From Gammaproteobacteria bacterium (GTDB taxonomy: Bacteria; Pseudomonadota; Gammaproteobacteria; Burkholderiales; SHXO01), in assembly GCA_041499435.1 (NCBI GenBank), contig JBGQKF010000002.1:1-41527 (forward strand): a stretch of DNA of 41,527 nt. The letters run 5' to 3'. The position numbers and the translations under genes were made by a program. The notes below the pieces were generated by a model. That model had not been told where the DNA came from. It was given only the letters and a program-made list of their open reading frames with translations, and ran no database searches. This document shows positions 16,534-24,758 of the stretch, in pieces (the stretch's first letter is position 1; the number at the start of each line of letters is the position of its first letter).

Positions 16534-18084
16534 TCATGCCGTCTGACGCGGCGTCTTCGCGATATACCCATAATAAGCGTTGCTGCGCTCGATGCCTTGC
16601 CGCGTGTACTCTGCCTTGATCGCGGTGAGCTTGTCTGCGGCAAAAGCCGGCCCCTGCGCCTGGCCGACGTTGTACTTGTAGAGGCGTGCCGAGTTCAATC
16701 CAAAGATCGCGCGCTTGGTCGGGCTGTCCGGACCGCCCAGCGGCTGCCAGCCCTGCTTCTTGCGCATGTCTTCCGGGATCTCGATGCGCCGCATGGCCTC
16801 GATCTGCCACTGGGGCGAGCCCCAGAATACCGAGTCGGTACCCCAGACGACGTGGTCCGCTCCCATCATGTGGACCAACTGGCCCAGCAGCGCCGTGCAG
16901 AATCGCGGGTTGGTCACGCAGGTGCTGGCGAATGTCGTGCCGATCTCTGCGTAGACGTTGGAGACGCCGTACTGTTCGGGGATGCGTGCGAGGTCGGTGA
17001 CCCAGCGGATGTAGCCCTTCTGCTCGAACTCGGCCATCTCCTGTTCCGGCGTATTCCATGCGAATGGACGGATCGCGGAGTGATAGATGACGAAGTTCAT
17101 CTGCGGCCAATCCTTTGCCGCCTGGCCCACGTCATCCGGAGTCGCGTGCCGCCAGGTGTCGGGGAATGCGTTCTCGTAATCCTTGGGCATGATGCCCTTG
17201 TGGATGCAGATGATATTGATGCCCGCCTTGAGCGCCTTCTCATAGAACGGATACATCAGCTTTTCGTCGTCCAGGCGCCAGGAGAAGTTGGACGGTGGAT
17301 AGAACGGCGCGCCCAGCGTGTAGGCTTTCCAGCTTGCCGGCCGCAGCGTCGCGATGGCGCGGTCGACCTCGTCCATCCAATTCTGGTATTTGGGCGTAAT
17401 GACGAAGTGCCCGAGCATGCGCCGACTGCCTGCGACGTTGTTGATCGAATCGACCGCCTGCTTGATGTTGTCGTTGGTGAGGAACCACCAGCCCGGATCA
17501 TCGCTGGGCGCCCCGGACAGCAGCGCCACCTTGGTATCGCTGTCCAGGAACATCTCCTTCACGTAGTTCTCGAACTTGAAGAGCGCCAGGCTGATTGGCA
17601 TTCCCTGCAGCATGCCGGGATTGGATCCGGACTCGATCGCCCACTTGACGCCGCCGAGCAGGCCTTCCTTGTCGAAGCCGTCGTGCACGAAGTGGGTCTG
17701 AACGTCGAAGATGAACTGCCCGGCGAGTCCTTTCGCGCGCTCGGCGGCGACATCCAGATCGCGCGCCTCCGCCTCGCTCACGCCGAAGATCGGACCGAAC
17801 ACCTTGTTCATGGCCAGGAATGCCATCGCCATGCCCGCGCTGCTGGCGAGAAAGCGCCGGCGGTCCACCTCCAGCCTCAAAGCCTGTTGGTCGGCCAGTT
17901 CCTTGATCAGGCCTTCGACCTGCCGCTGCTGATCAGTCTGTGGCGGTGGGTTGTACTCGCCGCTGGATACCACTTGTGTGGGCACCGGCGAGCGGAACGC
18001 ATTGCGCTGAGCGGGCAGGGTGTCTTCCAGCTCGCGATCGCTCATGTGAACGCCGAAGATCGGGTGTCTGGGTTGCTGTGCCAT
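16534..18084 (-). CDS. Tat-exported amidohydrolase-family metal-dependent hydrolase
   Basis: Start at ATG 18084 after GGAGGAGA. Twin-arginine signal DRRRFLASSAGMAMAFLA. TIM-barrel amidohydrolase-like body with FDVQTHF near the N-terminus and a late WGTDS motif. Confidence 0.8.
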   Translation of the reverse strand: MAQQPRHPIFGVHMSDRELEDTLPAQRNAFRSPVPTQVVSSGEYNPPPQTDQQRQVEGLIKELADQQALRLEVDRRRFLASSAGMAMAFLAMNKVFGPIFGVSEAEARDLDVAAERAKGLAGQFIFDVQTHFVHDGFDKEGLLGGVKWAIESGSNPGMLQGMPISLALFKFENYVKEMFLDSDTKVALLSGAPSDDPGWWFLTNDNIKQAVDSINNVAGSRRMLGHFVITPKYQNWMDEVDRAIATLRPASWKAYTLGAPFYPPSNFSWRLDDEKLMYPFYEKALKAGINIICIHKGIMPKDYENAFPDTWRHATPDDVGQAAKDWPQMNFVIYHSAIRPFAWNTPEQEMAEFEQKGYIRWVTDLARIPEQYGVSNVYAEIGTTFASTCVTNPRFCTALLGQLVHMMGADHVVWGTDSVFWGSPQWQIEAMRRIEIPEDMRKKQGWQPLGGPDSPTKRAIFGLNSARLYKYNVGQAQGPAFAADKLTAIKAEYTRQGIERSNAYYGYIAKTPRQTA

Positions 18085-18316
18085 GGGTCTCCTCCGTCGG
18101 TGCGTAATACTCCATCCCGATGCTACAGTACTCGCCGCGAATGCGAACTGCAACGAGGGTCACTGGTGGTCGATGATCGGCGGCCGAGGATTATGCGATG
18201 GCACGAGACGCGCGCCGGTGCGGTGCCCGGATCCGGGGAAACCGGTTGGCACCGTTCAGCGCTCGCTCGGGCCCGCGCGCAAACCGAGTCGAGCGCTGCT
18301 CGGGCGGTGCCGCGCT

Positions 18317-18817
18317 TCAGACCTGCACTGCTGGCTTCTGCGACTTGGCGGCCTGCCACTTGTCGAGCTTCGCGCGCGCCCCGTTGGTTGCGGGATCCAT
18401 CGCCCGGTCGTGACCGGCCAGTTTCGCAGTCAGCTCGATCACGTAACCGTTCGGATCGCGGAAGTAGATCGAATGGATGAAGCCGTGATCGGAGATGCCG
18501 CGCGTTTCGATCCCGCGCTCGCGTCCCTTCGCCATCATCGGTTTCAACACGGTCTCATCGACCTCCAGCGCGATATGCAGATCGAAGTCGTGCTGCGTCT
18601 TGAACTCGAACGGCATATCGGGCGCCTCGAAAAACGCCAGATAGGAATGATCGTCAAGCTCGTAGAACGTATGCAGGGTCTGAGTGGGGCGCCCGCTCTT
18701 CGTCTCCTTGATCTCGAGGGTGCCGGCGAGGCGCAGTCCGAGAAAGTCTTCATAGAACTTGCGCGTCTCCTCGGAATCGCGGCAGCGGTAGGCGTTGTGA
18801 TGAAGTTTCTTGAGCAC
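18317..18817 (-). CDS. VOC (glyoxalase/bleomycin resistance/extradiol dioxygenase) family protein
   Basis: 166 aa. LHHNAYRCRDSEETRKFYEDFLGL...HIALEV...HSIYFRDPNGYVIEL is the paired beta-alpha-beta-beta-beta VOC pattern. GTG start 7 nt after GGAGG, which overlaps the upstream GST stop. Confidence 0.85.
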   Translation of the reverse strand: MLKKLHHNAYRCRDSEETRKFYEDFLGLRLAGTLEIKETKSGRPTQTLHTFYELDDHSYLAFFEAPDMPFEFKTQHDFDLHIALEVDETVLKPMMAKGRERGIETRGISDHGFIHSIYFRDPNGYVIELTAKLAGHDRAMDPATNGARAKLDKWQAAKSQKPAVQV

Positions 18818-18830
18818 GGCAAAACCTCCT

Positions 18831-19505
18831 CTAGAGGACTTCCATCTTGTTGTCCTTCAGCGTGGACGCGTAACCGTAAATGACTTCATGGACCTTGTTC
18901 CAGCTGTTGAGCTTCTTCATGTTGCCAAGCCAGCGCGTCACGTTCGGGTAGGCGGAATAGTCGCAGCGGATCAAATCCCCGAGCCCGACGAAGGGGGCGC
19001 CCAGGTAGTCGGCGATGGTGATTTGATCACCGCACAGGTAGGCATTCTTCGGCCCGAGGATATGCTGGTCGAGAACCTTCAGCCAGCCTTGAGCTCTCTC
19101 CTTTCCCCAGGCCAGAGTTGCCGCCTGCACGTCGTCGCCTGGCCGCTTGTGCGTCGGAAAAATCTGCGGGTAGACGAAGCCGTAGGCAAAATCGCGGCAC
19201 AACTGCGTGTTGATCCAATCCATGCGCTCGTTCACGCGCGCGCGTTGCCGCAGATCGCGTGGATAGGCCGGCGAATTGATCTTCTCGGCGAGATACTTGA
19301 GGATCGCCGAGCTCTCCGTCAAGCGGAAGTCGCCGTCTTCGAGCACGGGCACCAGATGATTGGGATTGATCGCCTCGTAGGGAGGCTTGAAGTGCTCGCC
19401 CGTAAACAGGTCAACCACCTGAAACTCAGCATCGATCCCGTTCTCGCGAGCGAACAGCATGAGCGGACGGCTGGTGGTTGAAGCGGGATGGTAATAGATC
19501 TTCAT
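18831..19505 (-). CDS. glutathione S-transferase
   Basis: Start ATG 19505 (MKIYYHPASTTSRP...). LVPVLEDGDFRLTESSAILKYL is the GSH-binding N-domain. RBS GGAGAGGAGA upstream. The longer track ORF (to 19625) has no support. Confidence 0.88.
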   Translation of the reverse strand: MKIYYHPASTTSRPLMLFARENGIDAEFQVVDLFTGEHFKPPYEAINPNHLVPVLEDGDFRLTESSAILKYLAEKINSPAYPRDLRQRARVNERMDWINTQLCRDFAYGFVYPQIFPTHKRPGDDVQAATLAWGKERAQGWLKVLDQHILGPKNAYLCGDQITIADYLGAPFVGLGDLIRCDYSAYPNVTRWLGNMKKLNSWNKVHEVIYGYASTLKDNKMEVL

Positions 19506-19621
19506 GGTTTGTCTTCTCCTCTCCTTGTGCGATGCAATCCTGGCGGCGCCAGCTGTAGCGGCCCCTGGGATGCCTGGAGGGTCAAGTCTAACCTCACGAG
19601 ACGGGATTGTCCTGTCCGGCC

Positions 19622-20776
19622 TCAAAACAGGCGAGCGCTCGCCAAATCAGCGCCGGCGCGTAACGAGCGCAGCTTTTCCCACACCACCTCTTCGGCGACC
19701 ATGCCCACGCCGGTGGAAGTATCGAAGCCGCAGTCGGTGCCCGCGAGCACGCGGTGCGGATCGCCGATGGCCTGGGCAACCAGCTCGATCCGATCGGCCA
19801 CGACCTCCGGATGCTCGACGTAGTTGGTGGTCGTATCGATCACGCCTGCGACCACCAGCCAGTCGCGGGGGAACGGATGCCTCAGCAGGCAGCGGTGCTC
19901 GTGGGCGTGGCGCGGGTTGGCCATCGACAGGACCAGCGCCCCGACACGCGCCTGGTACAGATGCGGCAACAGATCATCGAGCGGCACGTCGAAGTTGTGC
20001 GGGCCCTCGTAGTTGCCCCAGCACACGTGCAGCCGCACCTGCTCGCGCGGCACATTCGCCAGGGCGCGATTGATGGCGGAGATTGTGAGGTCGAGAAACT
20101 CGAGGAACTCTGCGAGCGGCCGGCCGGCGAACTGGCGGTGCCGCTCCATCGCCAGATCCGGACCATCGATCTGCAGCACGTAGCTGCGCGCGGCAATCGC
20201 TTCGTACTCGGTCTTGAGCGCTTCTGCAACGGCATTCACGTACTGCGACATGGAGGCGTAGTAGTCGTTCTGCATGCCGCAGGCGACGATGCCCGGTGAG
20301 GGCGCAGTCCAGAAGGTCTCGAGGAAGCGCCGCGGTTGCTCCTCCAGGATCTTGCGATAGTCGGCGAGCTCCTGGTCCAGCGCGCCGCGATCGACGTAGC
20401 GCACCTCGCCCAGTGCGCGCGGTGGCGCGGTGTGCAGGCTCTTGCGCGCATGCGTCTGGAATAGCTCGCGAAACGTCGGATAGCTCGCCACGTCCTGCGC
20501 CGGCGGTCGCTGACCTTCGCCGCCGAACCCGCTCATGCGATAGCGCACGTAGGTGAAGAAGCTCTCGCGCGGCTGTTCGCCATCGTTGCCGACATCGATT
20601 CCACACTCGAGCTGGCGCTGCACGGCGCGACGTGTCGCCTGGTCCACGGTGTCAGCGAGCAGCGCTTGATCCACCACCTCGCCGCGATTGACGCGCAGCT
20701 GCAAATCCACCAGCGCCTTGGGTCGCGGCAGGCTGCCCGTGTGTGTCGTCAAGATTCGCGATTCGCTGCGCTGCAT
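19622..20776 (-). CDS. cobalamin-independent methionine synthase (MetE C-terminal domain)-like protein
   Basis: 384 aa. ILTTHTGSLPRP N-terminus and a late HVCWGN...H motif region, characteristic of the MetE-catalytic-domain / Meth_synt_2 family of Zn-dependent alkyl transferases. Confidence 0.78.
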   Translation of the reverse strand: MQRSESRILTTHTGSLPRPKALVDLQLRVNRGEVVDQALLADTVDQATRRAVQRQLECGIDVGNDGEQPRESFFTYVRYRMSGFGGEGQRPPAQDVASYPTFRELFQTHARKSLHTAPPRALGEVRYVDRGALDQELADYRKILEEQPRRFLETFWTAPSPGIVACGMQNDYYASMSQYVNAVAEALKTEYEAIAARSYVLQIDGPDLAMERHRQFAGRPLAEFLEFLDLTISAINRALANVPREQVRLHVCWGNYEGPHNFDVPLDDLLPHLYQARVGALVLSMANPRHAHEHRCLLRHPFPRDWLVVAGVIDTTTNYVEHPEVVADRIELVAQAIGDPHRVLAGTDCGFDTSTGVGMVAEEVVWEKLRSLRAGADLASARLF

Positions 20777-20793
20777 CGCGCTTGGCTCCCCGT

Positions 20794-20820
20794 TAACCTG
20801 GATAATTCATGAGGGACTCG
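20794..20820. repeat. copy A of the 27-nt TAGCCYGGATAWKTCATGARG motif
   Basis: TAACCTGGATAATTCATGAGGGACTCG, 18 nt upstream of the MetE-like start (20776). Closely matches 22329-22355 (TAGCCCGGATATTTCATGAAGGACTCG). Confidence 0.8.
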
Positions 20821-20849
20821 TATCGGGCGTTCGGGTCCGCATGCGACGG

Positions 20850-21302
20850 TCAAAACCCGGCCTCGGTGAACGACAGCGCTGTCGAGCCGTCGTCGCGCTG
20901 CATAACCAGAGCGTGCCGCCCCAGGATCATCATGTTGACCTTGCGCAACGCCTCCAGAAACTTATGCTCTTTGTCCATCAGCTCGGGCGGACCCCGCCTG
21001 CGCTCCCCCACCACACCGAGCGCGCCCCATGCCAGTTTACCGTCTGCCCCCAGCTTGTAAGTGCCGGCGAAGCGGTTCACCGCCGCGAAGCCCGCAACTT
21101 GTCCTCCAGGACCGAAGTTGATGGTCATTTTTGCATCGACGTGCATGATGTCAGGCTCGCCATCGACGACAATGGACTGCAGCTCCCACTCGCGTTGATA
21201 GAGCTTGTCGACGTCCCCTTGGCCTATCACCGTTGCCCCGGGGCTCGCGCAACCGGTCAACAGCAACAACAGCATCCAGGCGTTGCTACGCATCGTCGTC
21301 AT
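20850..21302 (-). CDS. META-domain lipoprotein (HslJ-like)
   Basis: 150 aa. Lipobox LLLLTGC. REWELQSIVVDGEP...INFGPGGQVAGFAAVNRFAGTY...MDKEHKFLEAL matches the META/HslJ pattern. Confidence 0.8.
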   Translation of the reverse strand: MTTMRSNAWMLLLLLTGCASPGATVIGQGDVDKLYQREWELQSIVVDGEPDIMHVDAKMTINFGPGGQVAGFAAVNRFAGTYKLGADGKLAWGALGVVGERRRGPPELMDKEHKFLEALRKVNMMILGRHALVMQRDDGSTALSFTEAGF

Positions 21303-21328
21303 GTGAGAGGTCCCCGGTCACTACCGCT

Positions 21329-22327
21329 TCAGATCAATGCAAAGGCTTGCGCCAGCAGCTCGTAGGAACGCAGCCGGCTCCCGTAGTCGCCGGTGATGGT
21401 GATCACCATCACTTCGTCGGCTTGAAATTGCTCCTGCAGCTCGAGCAGGCGCGCTTTCACACCCTGCGGCGTTCCGATCACCGCGCGGGCGCGCTCTCGC
21501 TGGATCAACATGCGATCGGCATCGCTGAGAGGCTGTGCCAACGCCTGTTCAACGGTGGCGATCGGCGCATCCTGTCCGCGGGTCATCTGCAAACGCCGTA
21601 GATCGATACTCACCGCCAGACGCTCCGCTTCCTCGTGCGTGGGCGCACAGATCGCGAAGACAGCGACCATCGAGTACGGCTGCGACTCGCGTCCGGACGG
21701 CCGGTAACCTTCGCGATACGCGCGCGTTACCGCTGGGCCGCCGTGCGCGCTGATGAAATGCGCGAACGAAAAGCGCAGGCCGAGATATGCCGCCAGCGAG
21801 CCGCTGTAGTCGGAAGAGCCCAGCAGCCACACTTGCGGCGAGCTCGGACCGGCCGGCATCGCCTTCACTGCATGGAAAGGATAATCCGCGGGCAGGCTGT
21901 CGTCGAGCCAGCCGATGAGCTCCTGCACCTGCGTGGGGAAACGTTCTTCGCCGGCGAACGCGTCGGCGTTCATTGCCTGCGCGACCAGCATCGTGCCTCC
22001 CGGTGCGCGGCCGATGCCCAGATCGATGCGGCCGGGGAACAGCGCCTCATACATGCGGAATACTTCCGCCACTTTGAGCGGCGAGTAGTAGGGCAGGAGC
22101 ACGCCGCCGGTGCCCGCGCGAATGCGCGTTGTGGCCGTTGCCACCTGGCCCAGCAGAATCTCGGGACACGGATCTGCGAGGCCCTGCATCGCATGATGCT
22201 CAGCGAGCCAATAGCGGTGATAGCCGAGTCGATCCGCTGCGCGCGCGAGCTCGATGGTCGCATGAATCGCATCCGCCGGCGTATGGCCGCTGATGATCGG
22301 GGATTGGTCGAGGATGGAAAGGCGCAT
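21329..22327 (-). CDS. LLM-class (luciferase-like) flavin-dependent oxidoreductase
   Basis: MRLSILDQSPIISG...YHRYWLAEHH...GGVLLPYYSPLKVAE is the YhbW-type LLM family. Start set at ATG 22327. An in-frame ATG at 22345 lies inside the adjacent inverted repeat. Confidence 0.85.
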   Translation of the reverse strand: MRLSILDQSPIISGHTPADAIHATIELARAADRLGYHRYWLAEHHAMQGLADPCPEILLGQVATATTRIRAGTGGVLLPYYSPLKVAEVFRMYEALFPGRIDLGIGRAPGGTMLVAQAMNADAFAGEERFPTQVQELIGWLDDSLPADYPFHAVKAMPAGPSSPQVWLLGSSDYSGSLAAYLGLRFSFAHFISAHGGPAVTRAYREGYRPSGRESQPYSMVAVFAICAPTHEEAERLAVSIDLRRLQMTRGQDAPIATVEQALAQPLSDADRMLIQRERARAVIGTPQGVKARLLELQEQFQADEVMVITITGDYGSRLRSYELLAQAFALI

Positions 22328-22328
22328 G

Positions 22329-22574
22329 TAGCCCGGATATTTCATGAAGGACTCGGGATGATCGCGAGGCGATTTGCGAGGCAGTTTGGGCTCGACCGTC
22401 GCGGCCAATAGCCGTGACTATTGGCAAGACGGGCATGCCCAAAATGACCGCAAAGCGTCCGCGAGCGCCCGAGTAGCCCGGCGCAACGAACTGTACCAAG
22501 CTCGACTTGCTGCAAGTGTCCTCGCATCAAAGCAGCCATGAATCCGGGGGCGTCTTCATGAAATATCCGGGCTA
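22329..22574. repeat. 246-bp MITE-like unit bounded by 21-bp perfect inverted repeats
   Basis: TAGCCCGGATATTTCATGAAG at 22329-22349 and its exact reverse complement at 22554-22574. TA at both tips. Internal perfect 8-bp hairpin GCCAATAG-CCGTGA-CTATTGGC at 22404-22425. No ORF of note inside. Confidence 0.6.
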
Positions 22575-23777
22575 GTCCAGCGTGGCAGGCGCAGGGGTGG
22601 CCGCGCGATAACACGCGCGACGATGTAGAGCCAACCAGACGACTGCGGCTCCGGTCGCGATGAGGAACGGTAGCGCCGTCAGATTCAGCGCATTCCAGCC
22701 CTGGCGATACAGAATCGCTCCCGAGATTGCGGAGCTCATGCCCATCACCGCGAACACCAGCATGTCGTTCAAGCCTTGCGCTTTCGCCTTTTCCTCCGGC
22801 CGATAAGCCTCGGTCAGCAGCGTGGTCGCGCCGACGTAGAGAAAGCACCAGCCTGCGCCGAGTAGCGTGCCGGACAGCCAGAAGTTGATCACGCGCTGAC
22901 CTTCCAGCGCGGCAAGGACGCACACCAGATACAGGGCGACGCCCGTGGCCATGATGCGCAGAATGCCGAAGCGCTTGATCAGCCAGCCGGCGAACAAGGC
23001 GGGCGCGAACATGCCGATGATATGCGACTCGATGACGAGCGCCGCGGAAGCGTACGGCAGCCCGCACATCTGCATCGCGAGCGGCGTTGCGCCCATCATG
23101 AGATTCATGACCGCATAGCTCGTGATCGCGCCGAGGCAGGCGACGGCGAAGATCGGCTGGCGAACGATCTCGCTCAGCGGACGCGGCTGCGCTTTGAATT
23201 CGGCCGCCTTCGGCGGTGGAATGTCGAGCAGGCGAATGACCGCCAGCGCAGCCAAGGCGAACAGCATGAGCACGGCATACGAGCCCATGAATGTCTTCGA
23301 CAGCAGCGACTTGGTGATCTTGCTGCTCTCCGGTCCGAGCACGCCGCCGATGATGCCGCCGGCGAGCACGAACGAGATGGCGCGGCTCTTGAAGCTCTCC
23401 GAGACCAGGTCGGCGGCGGCGAATCGGTAGTAGCCGCCCGCCGCGGTATAGAGCCCGGCGATCATCGCACCGAAGCAGAACAGCCAGAAGCTCTCAGCCG
23501 CAATTGCGATGGTGCAGATGGCGGCGCTCGCCAGTCCAGCAAGCGCGCCGACCGAGAAGCCGGCGCGCCGGCCGTAACGGCGCATCAGCTGCGAGAGCAG
23601 AAAAGTCGAGCAGGCCCCGCCGGCGATATAAGCGGTCGACGGCAGCGTGGCGAGCGACTTCTCCTGCGCGAGCATGTAGCCGGTCAGGCTGCCAAGCGAG
23701 ATCACCGTGATGTTGTTGGTGATGAGCAGCCCCTGGAGAATAGCCAGGGCGGAGATGTTTTTGGTTAGGGAGGGCAC
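22572..23777 (-). CDS. MFS transporter
   Basis: About 12 predicted hydrophobic segments and an MFS loop motif region (MRRYGRRAG). No in-frame ATG near the N-terminus. GTG 23777 (VPSLTKNISALAIL...) chosen; TTG 23795 is the alternative. The track start 23897 translates the repeat array. Stop TAG lies within the MITE-like inverted repeat. Confidence 0.8.
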   Translation of the reverse strand: MPSLTKNISALAILQGLLITNNITVISLGSLTGYMLAQEKSLATLPSTAYIAGGACSTFLLSQLMRRYGRRAGFSVGALAGLASAAICTIAIAAESFWLFCFGAMIAGLYTAAGGYYRFAAADLVSESFKSRAISFVLAGGIIGGVLGPESSKITKSLLSKTFMGSYAVLMLFALAALAVIRLLDIPPPKAAEFKAQPRPLSEIVRQPIFAVACLGAITSYAVMNLMMGATPLAMQMCGLPYASAALVIESHIIGMFAPALFAGWLIKRFGILRIMATGVALYLVCVLAALEGQRVINFWLSGTLLGAGWCFLYVGATTLLTEAYRPEEKAKAQGLNDMLVFAVMGMSSAISGAILYRQGWNALNLTALPFLIATGAAVVWLALHRRACYRAATPAPATLD

Positions 23778-23795
23778 GAGACGAAGGGGACGCAA

Positions 23796-23967
23796 GTTAA
23801 AAGGTGAATAGGCGAAAAAGGTGAAGAGGTGAACAGGTGAAAAGGTGAACTGTGACGACGGTGAGTAGGAACGACCTACGGTTGTAGGCGTGTTCACCGC
23901 TCCTGTTCACTTCTTCCGGTTCACCTGTTCACCTCTTCACCTGTTCACCTCTTCACTTCCTTCACTT
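23796..23967. repeat. family-A inverted tandem-8-mer hairpin element (largest copy)
   Basis: Left arm 23796-23850 (GTTAAAAG GTGAATAG GCGAAAAAG GTGAAGAG GTGAACAG GTGAAAAG GTGAAC). 41-nt core with GTAGG/CCTAC stems. Right arm 23892-23967 (GTTCACC...GTTCACCT CTTCACCT GTTCACCT CTTCACTT CCTTCACTT). Confidence 0.9.
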
Positions 23968-24636
23968 AACCACAATATCGACCGCATGAAACACCTCGCT
24001 CCCCGCGTTGACGATCTCCAGCGCGCTGCTCTGATCGCGCCATTTGAAGCCCGCAGGCTGCAAAGTGATCTGTTCTTCGCCGCCGGGGGCGTTGAGCTTT
24101 AAGCGGCCGCCGCTTACGCTCACCAGCATTCCGCACGGCGGATGCAGCAACAGGCGCTCGCCCGGCCCGATCATGATGCGCGTTACGCGCACGCGCTCAT
24201 TGTCGAGAATGAGCACTTGTCCTTCGCCATCTTTCACCGGGGCGAAGCCTCCGCAGCCGCGCACGATCTCGGTGTCGGTCACTCGATAGTTGGTGTCGCC
24301 GGTGTTATTGACCCGATGCACTTTGGGCTTCTTGCCGTACCCGAAGAAATAAGTGTCACCGATGATGCGCGGAGGCCGATCGGCGGGATCCGCGCCCAGC
24401 ACCTGCTCATTCGTCGACGCGGCCTCGATGTTGACGAATACACCGTCGTACACATGGAAGTGCCACAGCCCTTTGTAGCCCGGCGGCAACAGCACATCGA
24501 AGAGCCGCACATGCTGGTTCTGGAATTTCAGGCGATGTTGCGGCTCTTCTTCGATCGGGATGATCGATTCGGCGGCAATCGCGGCGCCGGTAAACAGCAG
24601 CATGCCGGCCGCTATCACAGGAATAGAGGCTTTCAT
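23962..24636 (-). CDS. secreted hypothetical protein (cupin-like beta-barrel suspected)
   Basis: Start ATG 24636 (MKASIPVIAAGMLLFTGAAIAAE signal peptide). GLWHFHVYDGVFVNIE and ...LLLHPPCGMLVSVSGG... suggest a double beta-barrel. Family not recognised with certainty. The stop codon lies inside the last repeat unit. Confidence 0.7.
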   Translation of the reverse strand: MKASIPVIAAGMLLFTGAAIAAESIIPIEEEPQHRLKFQNQHVRLFDVLLPPGYKGLWHFHVYDGVFVNIEAASTNEQVLGADPADRPPRIIGDTYFFGYGKKPKVHRVNNTGDTNYRVTDTEIVRGCGGFAPVKDGEGQVLILDNERVRVTRIMIGPGERLLLHPPCGMLVSVSGGRLKLNAPGGEEQITLQPAGFKWRDQSSALEIVNAGSEVFHAVDIVVK

Positions 24637-24758
24637 AGAATCTTTCGACGGGAAAGGCGCTAGTTTACGACGCGATGCGCAGTGCTGCAGTCGCCCCGCG
24701 CGGGAACTATGGGAACGCGGGCGCAATCCACCCTTCTCTCGAGAAGGGGAAACGAGCG

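Noticed and set aside
16222-18480. 752-aa + strand ORF, with similar very long ORFs at 34905..37073 (-), 40037..41278 (-), 7353..8426 (-), 2589..3548 (-), 13900..14790 (+) and 21635..22411 (+)
   Set aside because: All lie antisense to genes with strong family signatures (amidohydrolase, mdtB, mdtC, selD, CitE-like, RclA-like, LLM). All have Arg/Ala/Gly/His-rich low-information sequences, so they are GC-driven shadow ORFs.
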